This document shows positions 29,360 to 42,226 of a stretch of 64,000 nucleotides of DNA, one piece after another. Position 1 is the first letter of the stretch; every line of letters begins with the position of its first letter. The notes below the pieces were generated by a model that worked only from the letters and a program-made list of their open reading frames with translations, had not been told where the DNA came from and made no database searches. The position numbers and the translations under genes are program-made. This DNA is from the human T2T-CHM13v2.0 reference genome, Homo sapiens: NCBI RefSeq assembly GCF_009914755.1, contig NC_060929.1, one strand, 5' to 3'.

Positions 29360-29460
29360 TACAATTTTTCACCTCTGAAACTCTCAATAATATACATATA
29401 ACTCAATTTCTAGTTCATTGGCTATCATCAGGAACAGCAGCTATGTTAACTTAAGAAGAT

Positions 29461-29915
29461 GAAAAAAATTATATATATATGTATAGGTAATTATATATAG
29501 ATACAGATATGGAGATTTATATATATCATGAAATAATACTCAGTCATAAAAAAGAATGAAATCATTTCTTTTGTAGAAAAATGGATGAAACTGTCGACCA
29601 TAATCCTTAGTGAGATGATACAGAAACAGAAAATCAAAAGCAACACGTTCTCTCTTAAAAGTAGGGGCTAAACAATGGGCACACATGGATATACAGAGTG
29701 GAATAATGAACACTGGAGACTTCAGATAGTAGTGAGAGGGTGGGAAGGGGGTGAAGGATGAAATATTAATACTACCTATTGGCTACGATATACACTATTC
29801 AGGTGATGGGTACACTAAAAGCCCAAACTTTATTACTATGCAATACATTCATGTAACATAACTGTACTTGTACCCCTAAATCCATACAAATAAAAAATTT
29901 AATTTCAAAAAAAAC
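29461..29915 (+). mobile_element. L1PB-like 3' end (part of a complex insertion)
   Basis: CAGTCATAAAAAAGAATGAAATC, GGTGATGGGTACACTAAAAGCCCA, CTTGTACCCCTAAATC, A-tail. 19-bp TSD at 29273-29291 and 29916-29934. Confidence 0.9.
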
Positions 29916-29939
29916 AAGAAGATGGAAAAAAAAGAAGGA

Positions 29940-31490
29940 CATATAAACAAACAAGAAGGTTGTGAAAAACATAGATAGAAACAGAAGTATCACAGAGAAC
30001 CAAATCATACAGAAGATTAACAAAGTCAAAAACTGACATAATAAAAGATTATTTATATAGACCATGGCAAAAACTAATCAAGATAAAAAATTAAAAGATG
30101 CAAAAAGCAAAGATGTAACAAAAAAGAAAGCTAAATTGCAGCTAGAAAGTAAAATAAAAATAAGAATATTATTAGTAATTACGCATTAATAAAATTAAAA
30201 ACCTATAAAACAGTAATAAACTTGAAAACTTAATTGAAATAGATGCACTCCTAAAAATATATAAATTACCAAATTGGCACTAGAAGAATAGATGATATAT
30301 ATAAAATATGTAAATATTAAATAAATTGGCCTTTTCTTATTAAAATTTAAAAAAAGCACAACAAAACAAAACAAAAAAGGCCTAACTTGCTGTCCAGGTG
30401 CATTCTACCAAAGTTTAAGTTCATTCCTTTCTTACACAAGCTCTTTCAGAAAATACAGTTTGAAATACACAGCTTATTTTATGAGATTACTAGTATTCAT
30501 TTTGGAACTGAGGAGACCAATACAAAAAATAAAATCTGTGGCCTCATTCACTTACAAATGTTAGTATAAAGTTCTCAAAATAAAATAGTGGCTAATCAAA
30601 TCCAACAGTATATTAATGAAAATAGAACACCATGAGCGAGGAAAATTTATCCTAGGAATGCAAGGATGGTTCACTATTTTAAAACCTATTAATTTACAAC
30701 ATCAATATACTAACAAAGAAAATATCATCTGAGTATCCCAATTTATTCAGAAAATAATTATAACTAGGTGCTGAAATGTATCAAATAAAATAATCTAGTA
30801 GGAAACAAGAATAGAAGGGAAAGACCTGCAAGCATTTCCTTCATGATCAAGAAAGAATCCCATTATCGCTTCTACTGTTGAACATACCTCTTTTTTAAGG
30901 AAGAGGAAAAAATAACAGCTATAAACATGCAAAAGGAAGAGATATAACTGTCATTATTTCAAGAAGACATGAACACTCACCTAGAGAAACTAACATAATT
31001 AACAATTTATTTGAACTAATAAGAGTGTTGAGAAATGTTGCAGGATACAGAGTCAATCTAAAAAATTACACAGTTCACCTTCATGCAAACCAAAAATATA
31101 ATTTAAAGTAAGATAGTATTCACAAACAACAAATTTATAAAGTATCTTGGAATTATCTTAATCAATTATGAAGGCATTCAACAAAGACCTGCTAATAAAA
31201 AACAAAAGTTGATAGTGTAAGCACAGGCAAAAAGACCAATGGAAGAGAATAGATTCAGACTCTTACATATATGGGAACTTAATGTCTGATAGTGATGGCT
31301 CCACAAATCATGGAGAAAGATTGCTCAGTAGACATTGTTGGGAAACCTGGCTCAATATATAAGAAAAAATAAAACTGAATCCCTACCTCACATCATACAT
31401 GGAATAAAGATCTAAATGTAGTAGATGAAATAGAGTTAAAGAAAAGAATGGTGGGAAGACTTTTTGATCTAGGTATGAGAAAGGCTATTT
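29940..31490 (+). mobile_element. Highly decayed old L1M ORF2 fragments
   Basis: A-rich L1 ORF2 motifs (TTTATCCTAGGAATGCAAGGATGGTTCA, GTTGCAGGATACA, CCCTACCTCACA). Confidence 0.7.
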
Positions 31491-31619
31491 ATAGCTTTCT
31501 TATTGTCTGTTTATCCCTTTCTCTATGTTGTGGATAATTTCCTTTATTTCATTCAGTCATTCTACTGGAATTTTTATTTTAGCAGTCATATTTTAGAAGA
31601 TAATCTAATTAAGTGAAAA

Positions 31620-31735
31620 CACTCTGAAGACACTATGGACAGGTTACTTTATGTCTCTGTGACTCAGTTTCAACTTTTAAAAATGAGAGGAGAAACGGTA
31701 TCTACTTCAGAAGATTGACATGGGGATTAAATGAG

Positions 31736-31780
<45 letters not shown>

Positions 31781-31827
31781 ACAGATACACAGGCAGACAC
31801 AGAGAGAGAGAGACAGATAGATGATAG

Positions 31828-31872
<45 letters not shown>

Positions 31873-31964
31873 GATAGATAGATAGATAGGCAGACAGGCA
31901 GACAGGCAGACAGGCAGACAGATAGATGATAGATGGATGGATGGATAGATAGACAGGAATAGAT

Positions 31965-32011
<47 letters not shown>

Positions 32012-32052
32012 TAGATAGACAGATAGACAGGTAGAGATAGAGAGATAGATGT

Positions 32053-32095
<43 letters not shown>

Positions 32096-32185
32096 GCAGA
32101 CATAATGTGCTTGAAACAATGCCTGTAACATAATAGCACTATGTAAATTGAGTTATTGTTATGATTACTATTATTATTATTTACT
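31620..32185 (+). mobile_element. MIR split by a long compound microsatellite
   Basis: CTCTGTGACTCAGTTT...GGATTAAATGAG | ...GTGCTTGAAACAATGCCTGTAACATA. Confidence 0.75.
31736..32100. repeat. ~360-bp compound (GATA)n/(GACA)/(GGCA)/(GGAT) microsatellite
   Basis: Direct reading, several (GATA)n blocks. Confidence 0.97.
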
Positions 32186-32357
32186 AGTATGTATTATTTT
32201 ATATTCTAAAAGCTAGGTACCCTTTTGGGTTTTCCTGTGTCAAATGTTTTGTTTTATAGATATAATATCTCTATTAGGAACAAATGAATGCCATCCTTTT
32301 TTTTCCACACTCACTTTCTAAACCATCTGGGAGAAAAACGTAGGAGAAATAACCAGT

Positions 32358-33320
32358 AGACTGAAATGTAAAACCCAAAACTATAAAAACCCTGGAAGAT
32401 AACCTAGGCAATACCATGCTGGAAATAGGAAGAAGCAAAGATTGAATGACAAAGAAGCCAAAAGCAATCACAACAAAAGCAAAAATTGACAAATGGGATC
32501 TAATTAAACTAAAGAGCTCCTTCATAACAAAGAAATTCTCAACAGAGTAAACAGACAACCTAGAGAATGGGAGAAAATTTTTGCAAACTGTGCATCCAAC
32601 AAAGGTTTGATAGCACCTCATCAGCCAGAATCACTATTATTGAAAAGTCAAAAAATAAGAGATGCTGGCAAGGTTGAGGAGAAAAAGGAACATTTATACA
32701 CTATTGGTGGGAGTGTAAATTACTTCAACCATTGCGGAAAACAGCATGGCGATTCCTCAAAGACCTAAAATCAGAAATACCACTTGACCCAGAAATTCCA
32801 TTACAGGGTATATATTCAAAGGCATAAAAATCATTCTATTATAAGGATACATGTACACACACATTCATTGCAGTACTATTCACAATAGCAAGGACATGGA
32901 ATCAACCCTGGTGCCCATCAGTGGTAGACTGAATAAAGAAAATATGGTACATATACACCATGGAATACTATTCAGCCATAAAAAAGAATGAGATCATGTC
33001 TTTTGCAAGAACACGGATGGTGCTGGAAGCCATTATCCTTAGTAAATGAATGCAGGAACAGAAAACCAAATACCACATGTTCTCACTTATGGAGCTAAAT
33101 GGTAAGAATACATGGACACATAGAGGGGAACAACAGACACTGAGGCATATCAGAGGGTGGAGGGTGGGAGGAGGAAGAGTATCAGGAAAAATAACTAATG
33201 GGTATGAGGCTTAATACCTGGGTGATGAAATAATCTGTACAACAAACCTCTATGACACAAGTTTACCTATATAACAAACTTGCACATATATGCTGAACTT
33301 AAAATAAAAGTTAAAAGAAA
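32358..33320 (+). mobile_element. L1PA13-16-like 3' fragment with an internal deletion near 32612
   Basis: ORF2 end (ATTGACAAATGGGATCTAATTAAACTAAAGAGC) and 3'UTR through CTTAAAATAAAAGTT. Confidence 0.92.
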
Positions 33321-33559
33321 ATTAGAGCCTTTATTTTGGTTAAGTTGACGTTGAAGACCATGGCTTCCGTCAGCCTGCCAAGTAGACTCGCCAATCCCTG
33401 GCCTCAGAATTAGTGGGATTCATTTAGTTGTTATCACTGGCAGTGCTGGACCACATAATGCAGTGCTCCCCTGGCTAGGAGAGAATCTGCACCCTGAGCT
33501 CAGCCCAGGAAAGAGGAGAGGACATAGGTCCTCAGAGGGGAGGGTCTGAAACAAGGGTG

Positions 33560-33897
33560 AAGAAACACCTCTACCCCATAAAGTTCTCAAACTCATCAAC
33601 CTAGAAGATTGCTTCTGTCCCCAAGGTAGCTTAACACAGCACAGGGTTGCTTTTTACTCATTTTCACAATGTTCACTATGAGACCAGACGACTACCTAGC
33701 TTAACTCTCTCCTGCGCAGAAGCCCACAGGGGCTCCACCAGCATGTAATTGCCTCCTACCCATCACATGCAACTCCACAAGGCGCAACAGGAGAAGAGGG
33801 TACTAGAGGGTCTTGCACCAACTCTTAAGGGCTTCAGCTCAGAAGTGGCCCATGTTAATTCCACCACGGGCCACTGGAAAGAACTAGATGCAGGGCT
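33560..33897 (-). mobile_element. Old MLT1 (J/K/L-like) LTR fragment
   Basis: CAGAAGTGGCCCATGT...CACTGGAAAGAACTAG; resumes as ATGGCCCCACCC after the MLT1C. Confidence 0.4.
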
Positions 33898-34450
33898 TAT
33901 GCTCGGTTGAACAGTGTCCCCTCAAGACGTATGTCCTCCTGGAACCTGTGGATTTGACCTTATTTGGAAAGAGGGTCTTGGTCTATTCACAATTTTAGTA
34001 AAAATGTACAAGATTAAGGGATCCTTTGCTGAATTTTGCTTGGAGTCCTACAATTTCCATTTACCACATGGGTTGCAGTGTAGGGTGATGGTGATGTGTG
34101 GACAGAGACAGGGTCATTGTGATCAAGTTAAAATGAGGTCATGCTGAACTAGGTTAGGCCCATGCAATGAGTTTTCTCCTTATAAGAAGAGGAAGATTTG
34201 GACACACACACAGTGAGAACACAAAGTGAAGATTCAGGCAAAGATTGGAGAGATGCAGCCACAAGAATGCCAGCAACCACCAAAAGTTAGAAGAGGCACA
34301 GAAGATGCTTTTCTGGAGGCTTCATAGGAAGCACGGTCTGCCAACACCTTGATTTTGGACTTCTGACCTCCACAACAGAGACAAATTTCTGTTGTTTTAA
34401 GCCACCAAATTTATGCTACTTTATTATAGCAGCCACAGGCAACCAATTCA
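33898..34450 (+). mobile_element. MLT1C LTR with a ~140-bp internal insert
   Basis: TGACCTTATTTGGAAA, AGTTAAAATGAGGTCAT, CAACACCTTGATTTTGGACTTCTG, TTAAGCCACC. Confidence 0.87.
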
Positions 34451-36092
34451 TGGCCCCACCCAGCTTCAATGCCTTAAATGGGCCACATGCCCAGATGAAC
34501 TTCACCAGGTTGTCTCCAGCACTAACTCTCTGTTGTGCTCCTGGAGCTGTTCTGCAATCCATCCCCTCTCCTTCCTCCAGTGCTCCATGCAGTTCACCAA
34601 AACGGCCCTTCACATTCAACGGTGTACATCTGGGCAGCTTGGATATATATCCTAGGATTCAGACCAGTGATAGTAGCAGGTGCAGCTCATCCCCACAGAG
34701 AAAGAGTAGGAACATCAAGAGGGTGCCATGGAAACCACAGAGTCAAATTAAACATGAATCATGGCTTTTCATCCACAGCACCAGTACACACATGCACGTG
34801 CACACACACAAACGTGCCCACCTCCACTAACTGTCACACAGAGTTCAACTGCCTATTCCCAGGACGTGTCCATCTTTGGGAGGCACAGCACCCCTAGCCA
34901 GGCTCAGCAAGCATGACATGGGTTAGTGGCCTGGCCTAAGGGCTGCAGACACTAATAGGTTGTCTGCTGCTTTGGGAAGGCTGGGTCCAGACCACTGCCA
35001 TTCATTGATTCACATCCACGCTTTGCTGCAGCAAACTGTTTTGAATTGATGCTTAGTATAAAGGCTTTTATGACTGCAATCCATATTTCATTCCTTGCCA
35101 TAAAATAATCATTTGAGAAATGCAGAGAAATACACTGTTAACAATTTAACATTCACTTTCAATAAATAGGAAGCATTTTACAGGGAACTGCAGCCCATTA
35201 TGGAAACCATAATTCATGCTCTGTGCCAAGAGAATGTATTCTCAATTTCATTGCACCCTGTGCCCAGCTACAAAACTTGAGACTTCCTTTGCATTATAGA
35301 GTCCCATTATGATGGATTAACAAATATAGTGTTAAAACGCCCTGTTGAATGCAGCATGCACCATTTTAAATGAAGAGGCCAAAACATGTTAGCCTTTCTT
35401 GCAGGAATGGCAGAATTAAAATTGCCCCTTATTTATACAAGGCAACTATAAATGCTAAAATGCATATTATCATGCATTCAGAATGATCCTGCCTCCTGCC
35501 TACGTACTTCCCCTGCTAATTTATACATTCTGCAGTTCTCAATGCAGCAAATCTCTCATCTTCTCCTGAACTTTTCAGAAAATACCAGTCTTTGAGTCTT
35601 GAAATTACATTGCATTTAAGCAGTGCCATGAATTCTTCACCTGTTAAGATCTTTTCATCCAGTGCTATTATGACTTGCTTTTATGATCTTCTGCCCTGAT
35701 CTGCTTCTATTCTGGAATTTAGACCTAATGAGACATAAGGGGTCAACGGCACAAAGGCAGTAGTACTATTCACCTTATCGTAGGAGCAGTAATAAAAAGA
35801 TGTCAGGTGAGAGAAACATCAGAATTTCAATGAATTAGAATTGGAGGTGAGAAATGAGTCTGCTGTTTATTTTGCTGGTTACAGAAAGCTTTTTATCTCT
35901 ACATCCAGGAAGAAGTGGTATTCAGATACAAGACTGTCATCAGAGGGAAATAAATAACTGAATTAAACCTGTAAATGTATCATTGTGTGTGCAAAGAAAT
36001 TCCCAGATCAAGTCACAAATACTACATTAATAATGGCTCTAAAGCAGATGAGATTTTCTTCCCTATCTTCCTGAGCATACTTTGAGAAATAA

Positions 36093-36102
36093 TGTGTGTG
36101 TG

Positions 36103-36144
<42 letters not shown>

Positions 36145-36183
36145 CATATATATATATATACATATATATAGAGAGAGAGAGAG
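36093..36183. repeat. Compound (TG)n(TATC)n(TA)n(GA)n microsatellite
   Basis: Direct reading. Confidence 0.95.
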
Positions 36184-36870
36184 AACGGAAAACAAAATAA
36201 ATTCCCTCTAAAGTAGTTATTTTATTTTTCTTAACAGTTTTGAGATGAAAGGGGGTACAGAGAAGCAAAAAGGGGGAAGTTCAGTTTATTTGATTCCCCA
36301 GCTAATATACATGTGACATTTCTGTACTTTAATACCATAATGAAAATATCACTTGATTTGTTTAAGTCTCTTTAAAAATGTGAAATTGAGCAGTATAGGG
36401 TTTGGGGTTTGTATACTTGTCCCTGAGAGGCACGTGGGTTAAACCAGTTGGTACACTTACTTCCATTGAGTTTGAGTTTGTGAATAGCCTCCAGTGGAAA
36501 CATAAAGTAAGAAGTGAAACACGCATGGGACTTCGGGGCTGGCCCAAGGGGATAGGCTGGCTGGGCAAGGCCAGGACAAGTTTTGTCTGCCTGCTGGTTC
36601 AAGAATGCCCTTGAGTTTGGCTTTGCCAGCCTGGGATGCTTCCCTCCCATCGATGGTGCCCACCATGTCCTTCTCCCTTGTGCCTATTGTAAAACAAAAT
36701 GCAAGGATTCTCATGCATCCGCCACCACCTTCTCTCTTGCATATATTGTAAATTAAAATGATAGGACTCCAAGCAACATTGTGCAAAGGGTACCTAATCT
36801 TCTCCATGTACAACAAAACTGGAAATCTGAATTCAAAGGTGAGTTAGGATGGGGGTCTTCTCACTACAGC

Positions 36871-36954
36871 ATAAAAAAAAAGAAAGAAAGAAAAGAAAAA
36901 AAAAGAAAAGAAAAGAAAAGAAAAGAAAAGAAAAGAAAAGAAAAGAAAAGAAAA
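36871..36954. repeat. A-run/(GAAAA)n microsatellite
   Basis: Direct reading. Confidence 0.95.
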
Positions 36955-37468
36955 GGGAGCTGGAGAAGCCTGAGGAGTGGTCTGGAACTCCCCTCTGCCA
37001 ACTGGCCCATGATGGGGAGCATTATTCTGTGTAATTATAAGCAGGACCACCATAAGAAGAGGAAGCTAGAGGCAGGCAAGTCTCAGCTGACCATAGAAAA
37101 AGAGCTCCCTTACACTCAGAGGTGCTGAAACTATGGTGAGCTGCTGAGTGAGGGAGGGCTTGTGCCCTCTGGTTCCAGAAGTGGGGAGCAGACCTGCGGG
37201 CAAGTCCGCATGTTGGGGATGGATTCTGAGATTTGGGCCTTCTGTTGGGATCATCTGTGTGTTGGCAACATTGTGGGAGCCCCACGGTGTCCTGAACTGG
37301 ACTTTGGTTTACAAACCTGAATGTACCAAGAAATGGACCTAGACTATCCATGGGCAACAAGTGGCATCTCCTAGGTGAAGGAAAGTGAGATTTGATATGT
37401 GGATCCAGTCCCATTTGCACCTCACAGCATAGATTTTCTTAGCTAAAGCAGGCCCTTCTGGAAGATGG

Positions 37469-37824
37469 TGCTACAATAAAATAAAATGAAGGCCAGGCTT
37501 GAGAATCTCTTAGCAGACAAAACTGGCTAGGCCACAAAAGGAACCTTAGTTTGTTTCTTGTAAATGCCTCTGGTCATCACAAAACTTCAGTCACCTTCCA
37601 AAAATGGAGTAAGATGATCCCTTTTAACCAACCTCTGCGCTCGGAAAACACCATTGTGTCAGCAGTCACTGCAAAAGGTAAATGATTGCCCATTTTTGCA
37701 TTATAAGCCAGCCTGAGCTTCCTCTTACCACCTTAGGTTTGAAGTCTCCTGGTTCTCAAATTGTTCTTTTGCATACGCAGTAAACTTTCAAATTTTTAAA
37801 GTTTATCTGACTTTATTTTTGACA
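37469..37824 (+). mobile_element. ERV1 solo LTR, MER67-like
   Basis: TAAAATAAAATGAAGGCCAGGCTTGAGAATCTCTTAGCAGACAAAA...TAGGCC, ending TTTGACA. Subfamily from recall. Confidence 0.55.
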
Positions 37825-37944
37825 ATGGTCAGTGAAATCTGGGTGGTTTAAAGGTTTGTGGGTGGCTGAGCTGAAATTTCCCCTTGATGAATCAGAGCAG
37901 GATGAGAACTCTGCAGGAAGCCCAGGAGAAGGAACGCTGGCTTT

Positions 37945-38110
37945 GGAGTCAGCCAGAGGTGGCTCAGAATCCCTACTTCATAAGCCACCTAACCTCTCTA
38001 AGTTTTACTTCCTCCTTTATAAGATAATGAGAGCAATACTTTCTCACAGGGTTGTTATAGATTTTAAATATCCCTAGTACTTATGAGACACCCAGTAAAT
38101 TTTAGCCATT
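37945..38110 (+). mobile_element. MIR
   Basis: GGCTTTGGAGTCAG...CTAACCTCTCTAAG...TCTCACAGGGTTGTTATAGAT. Confidence 0.65.
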
Positions 38111-38771
38111 ATAATAAAGTTAATTGAGAATGCTACAGATTGACTGCAATTGACATCTTTGTACAGAAAAGGTTTCCTCAGCATTTTCTAGCTGTCTCTT
38201 GGTTTAACTTCAGATGCTCAAACCAATCACAGGGAAAACCATCCACAACCCACAGAGAGAAGATCCCCAGAGATGACATAGGAAGGTGCACACCCTTCTC
38301 ATGGATTCTAAAATGTCCAATGGGCCAGCGTTGCCCAGTGGAGAGGGATGATTAAAACAAACAAACAAACAAACTTCTACTCTGCCAAAAACACTGTCAA
38401 GAGGATGAGAAGACAAGGTTTCTTGTCTGAGGTTTGAGGTTTTCACAGTAATCTTTCTGCAAAATCCTGCTGATCAACAAGAACCCCAAAACACTTAAAA
38501 ACCTTGTCAAGATCTAGCCAGAGCATTCAGCCAGCTGTCTGATTTTTCCAGCAGCATCACAAAAAGATGGAAAATGCTGGCTGCCCGTTCAGGCTTCATC
38601 CATGTATGTTCCCATCTGAAGCAATTAGTCAAGAAGTTGGTCAGCTCCATGCAAAAACTACAGGTACACAGCTACACCTGATTAAAAGTGATGATTCTCC
38701 GGTAATCTTGAGATCTCAATCTTGACATGTAATATTGTTCAAAGTCCTGTGTATTTTTTAAATTCCTAGGC

Positions 38772-40210
<1,439 letters not shown>

Positions 40211-41650
40211 TTTGTTTGTTTGTTCATTTGTTTTAATCTTCCCTCTCCTCTGAGCAATGCTGGCCCATTGGAAATATTTGAATACAATTTTGGTTTTCCA
40301 CTTCACAAACACCCAGTTGACTCCTGGGGGATTCAGCAGTAGTATTCACTGTTGGAGACACTCCTGCCTTATGTCCAGAGTCCCCAGTAGTGATGGCACA
40401 AGACTGGCAATGTTCTTGGTGTCCTGAAGATACAGCCCCCCTGTGGGTGCTCTGCCAACACCCAGCCCATGTTTGTCTGGATTTAGAGGATCCAGGGTGC
40501 TAACTGAAGTCAGCCTCCAGCTGTTCGAACAAGTCCGACCGAGAGAAAGAGCCGTGGCGTGTCATTACTGGCACCGAAACTCCGTGAACGTGCCTATCCT
40601 TTAAATGACCATGCTGATTCAATAGTAATTAATTCCTCAACAGGCTGAATTAAATAATCAAGTACACTGTAGGTAATGCAATTACAGTAGTTATTTAGCA
40701 CTTAATGAAACATTCTTATGAGTATGGACATAGCAAGTCTTCCCTCTGTCTTGAAGCAACCCCGTGTCTGTGGAATGAGACTCGCTCCCCTGAGGATCTA
40801 AGGATTCAATGGGTAATTCATGGTCCTCCGTGGGACCACATCACTAGGTGGAAAGGAGCCCGGTTTCATCAGCCTCTAGCCCAGGCTGCCCTGTATGCCA
40901 GCACCATGCCAGCACTGACCACCAGTAGTCAGGCCAACCAGCACCCCAGGGCCTACCACACCAAAACAGAGATGGTGAGGCCGCACCAGCAGTGGACACA
41001 CGGCCCCTGATGAGGATGCACAGTGCAGGCTTGGTGGAGCTGGTGAAAAACAGACAGAAATGAAGACGAGAGCCAGAAAGAGGTGGTGTCCTTCACAAGC
41101 CTCCCTCAGGCTCCAGAGTGCACCATCCAGACTCGGGCCTCTAAGATCAGACTCCCAGGACAAGCGCTCAAGGCTGCATTCTAGGCTTTGCCTGAATTTG
41201 ACTGTGGCCAGGCCCATTTCTTTCCTTCCAGACAGTCTGAAGGATCGATAGCAGGATTTCAATGACGCCTCCAGAGGGTAGAGTCCTTTGCAAAGATGCC
41301 GCTTCTGCCTTGGGATCATCTCATCCTGATACATCCTCATGGGATACAATAAATGTGTTTATACGACCAGAGATGTTGATATGACTCAGGAGACTGGATT
41401 ATGTGTGGACTGGATCTCAGGGTTTTAATCGCCTTCCCTTGTGACTTGACATCATTACTAAACAAATGGATTGGGCTAGGCATGTATTTCCTGTTAATAA
41501 AGATTTTCCTGTGTTCTTCCCATCTCCATGGGAATAGTCGATGTTAGGGAAGTCAAAATGCCATAGCTAAGGAGTGTTGTCACTTCCTAGGTATTTTTCT
41601 TTAGAAAGTTTGGTATTTTTGTTTGTTTTAGCCTTGAAATGAGCAAGCTT

Positions 41651-41909
41651 CCTGTGCCTGGCTTATTTCACTTAATATAATATCTTCCAGCTTCATCTAT
41701 GTGGTGGAAAATGGCAGGACTTCCTTCCTTTTCAAGGCTGAATAGTATTCCACGGTGTAGATGCACCACATTTTCTTAACCACTCATCTTTTGATGGACA
41801 CTTAAGTTGATTCCGTAACTTGGCTATTGTGACTAGTGCTGTAATACACATGAAAGCTCAAGTATCTTTTTTACATACTGATTTTATTTCCTTTGGCTAT
41901 ATACCCAGT
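41651..41909 (-). mobile_element. Inverted 5' segment of an L1MA insertion
   Basis: CTGTGCCTGGCTTATTTCACTTAA...TTTCCTTTGGCTATATACCCAGTA is antisense L1. Confidence 0.9.
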
Positions 41910-42226
41910 AAAAAGTTGACCTCATAGAAGTAGAGAGTAGAACCACCCAGAGGCTGGGGTGGTTAGGGCAGAGAGAGGGTTGGGGAGATGTTGGTCAAAG
42001 AGCATATATTTACAGTGAGATAGGAGGAATAAGCTCAAGTGTTCTACTGTACAGCATGGTGACTATAGTGAAGACTGACTGGTAAGTACTCTCACCCCAA
42101 AGATGAAAACCACATAGGTAATGCAATCATGTATATATACTTCAAAACATCGTGTTGCACATGATAAACACATACAGTTTCATACTTCGATTTTTTAAAT
42201 TAATTACTTCATTTTTATAAAAGATA
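41910..42226 (+). mobile_element. L1MA (4/5-like) 3'UTR, sense segment of the same insertion
   Basis: AAAGTTGACCTCATAGAAGTAGAGAGTAGAA, GATAGGAGGAATAAG. TSD AGCAAGCTTCC at 41642-41652 and 42227-42237. Confidence 0.88.

Noticed and set aside
31727-32131. 134-aa ORF with LSIY repeats (also K/R/E ORF at 36781 and V/C ORFs at 50307-50593)
   Set aside because: Translations of microsatellites.
32274-33320. Possible intact L1 ORF2 coding capacity
   Set aside because: 5'-truncated, internally deleted and interrupted by stops; a fossil.
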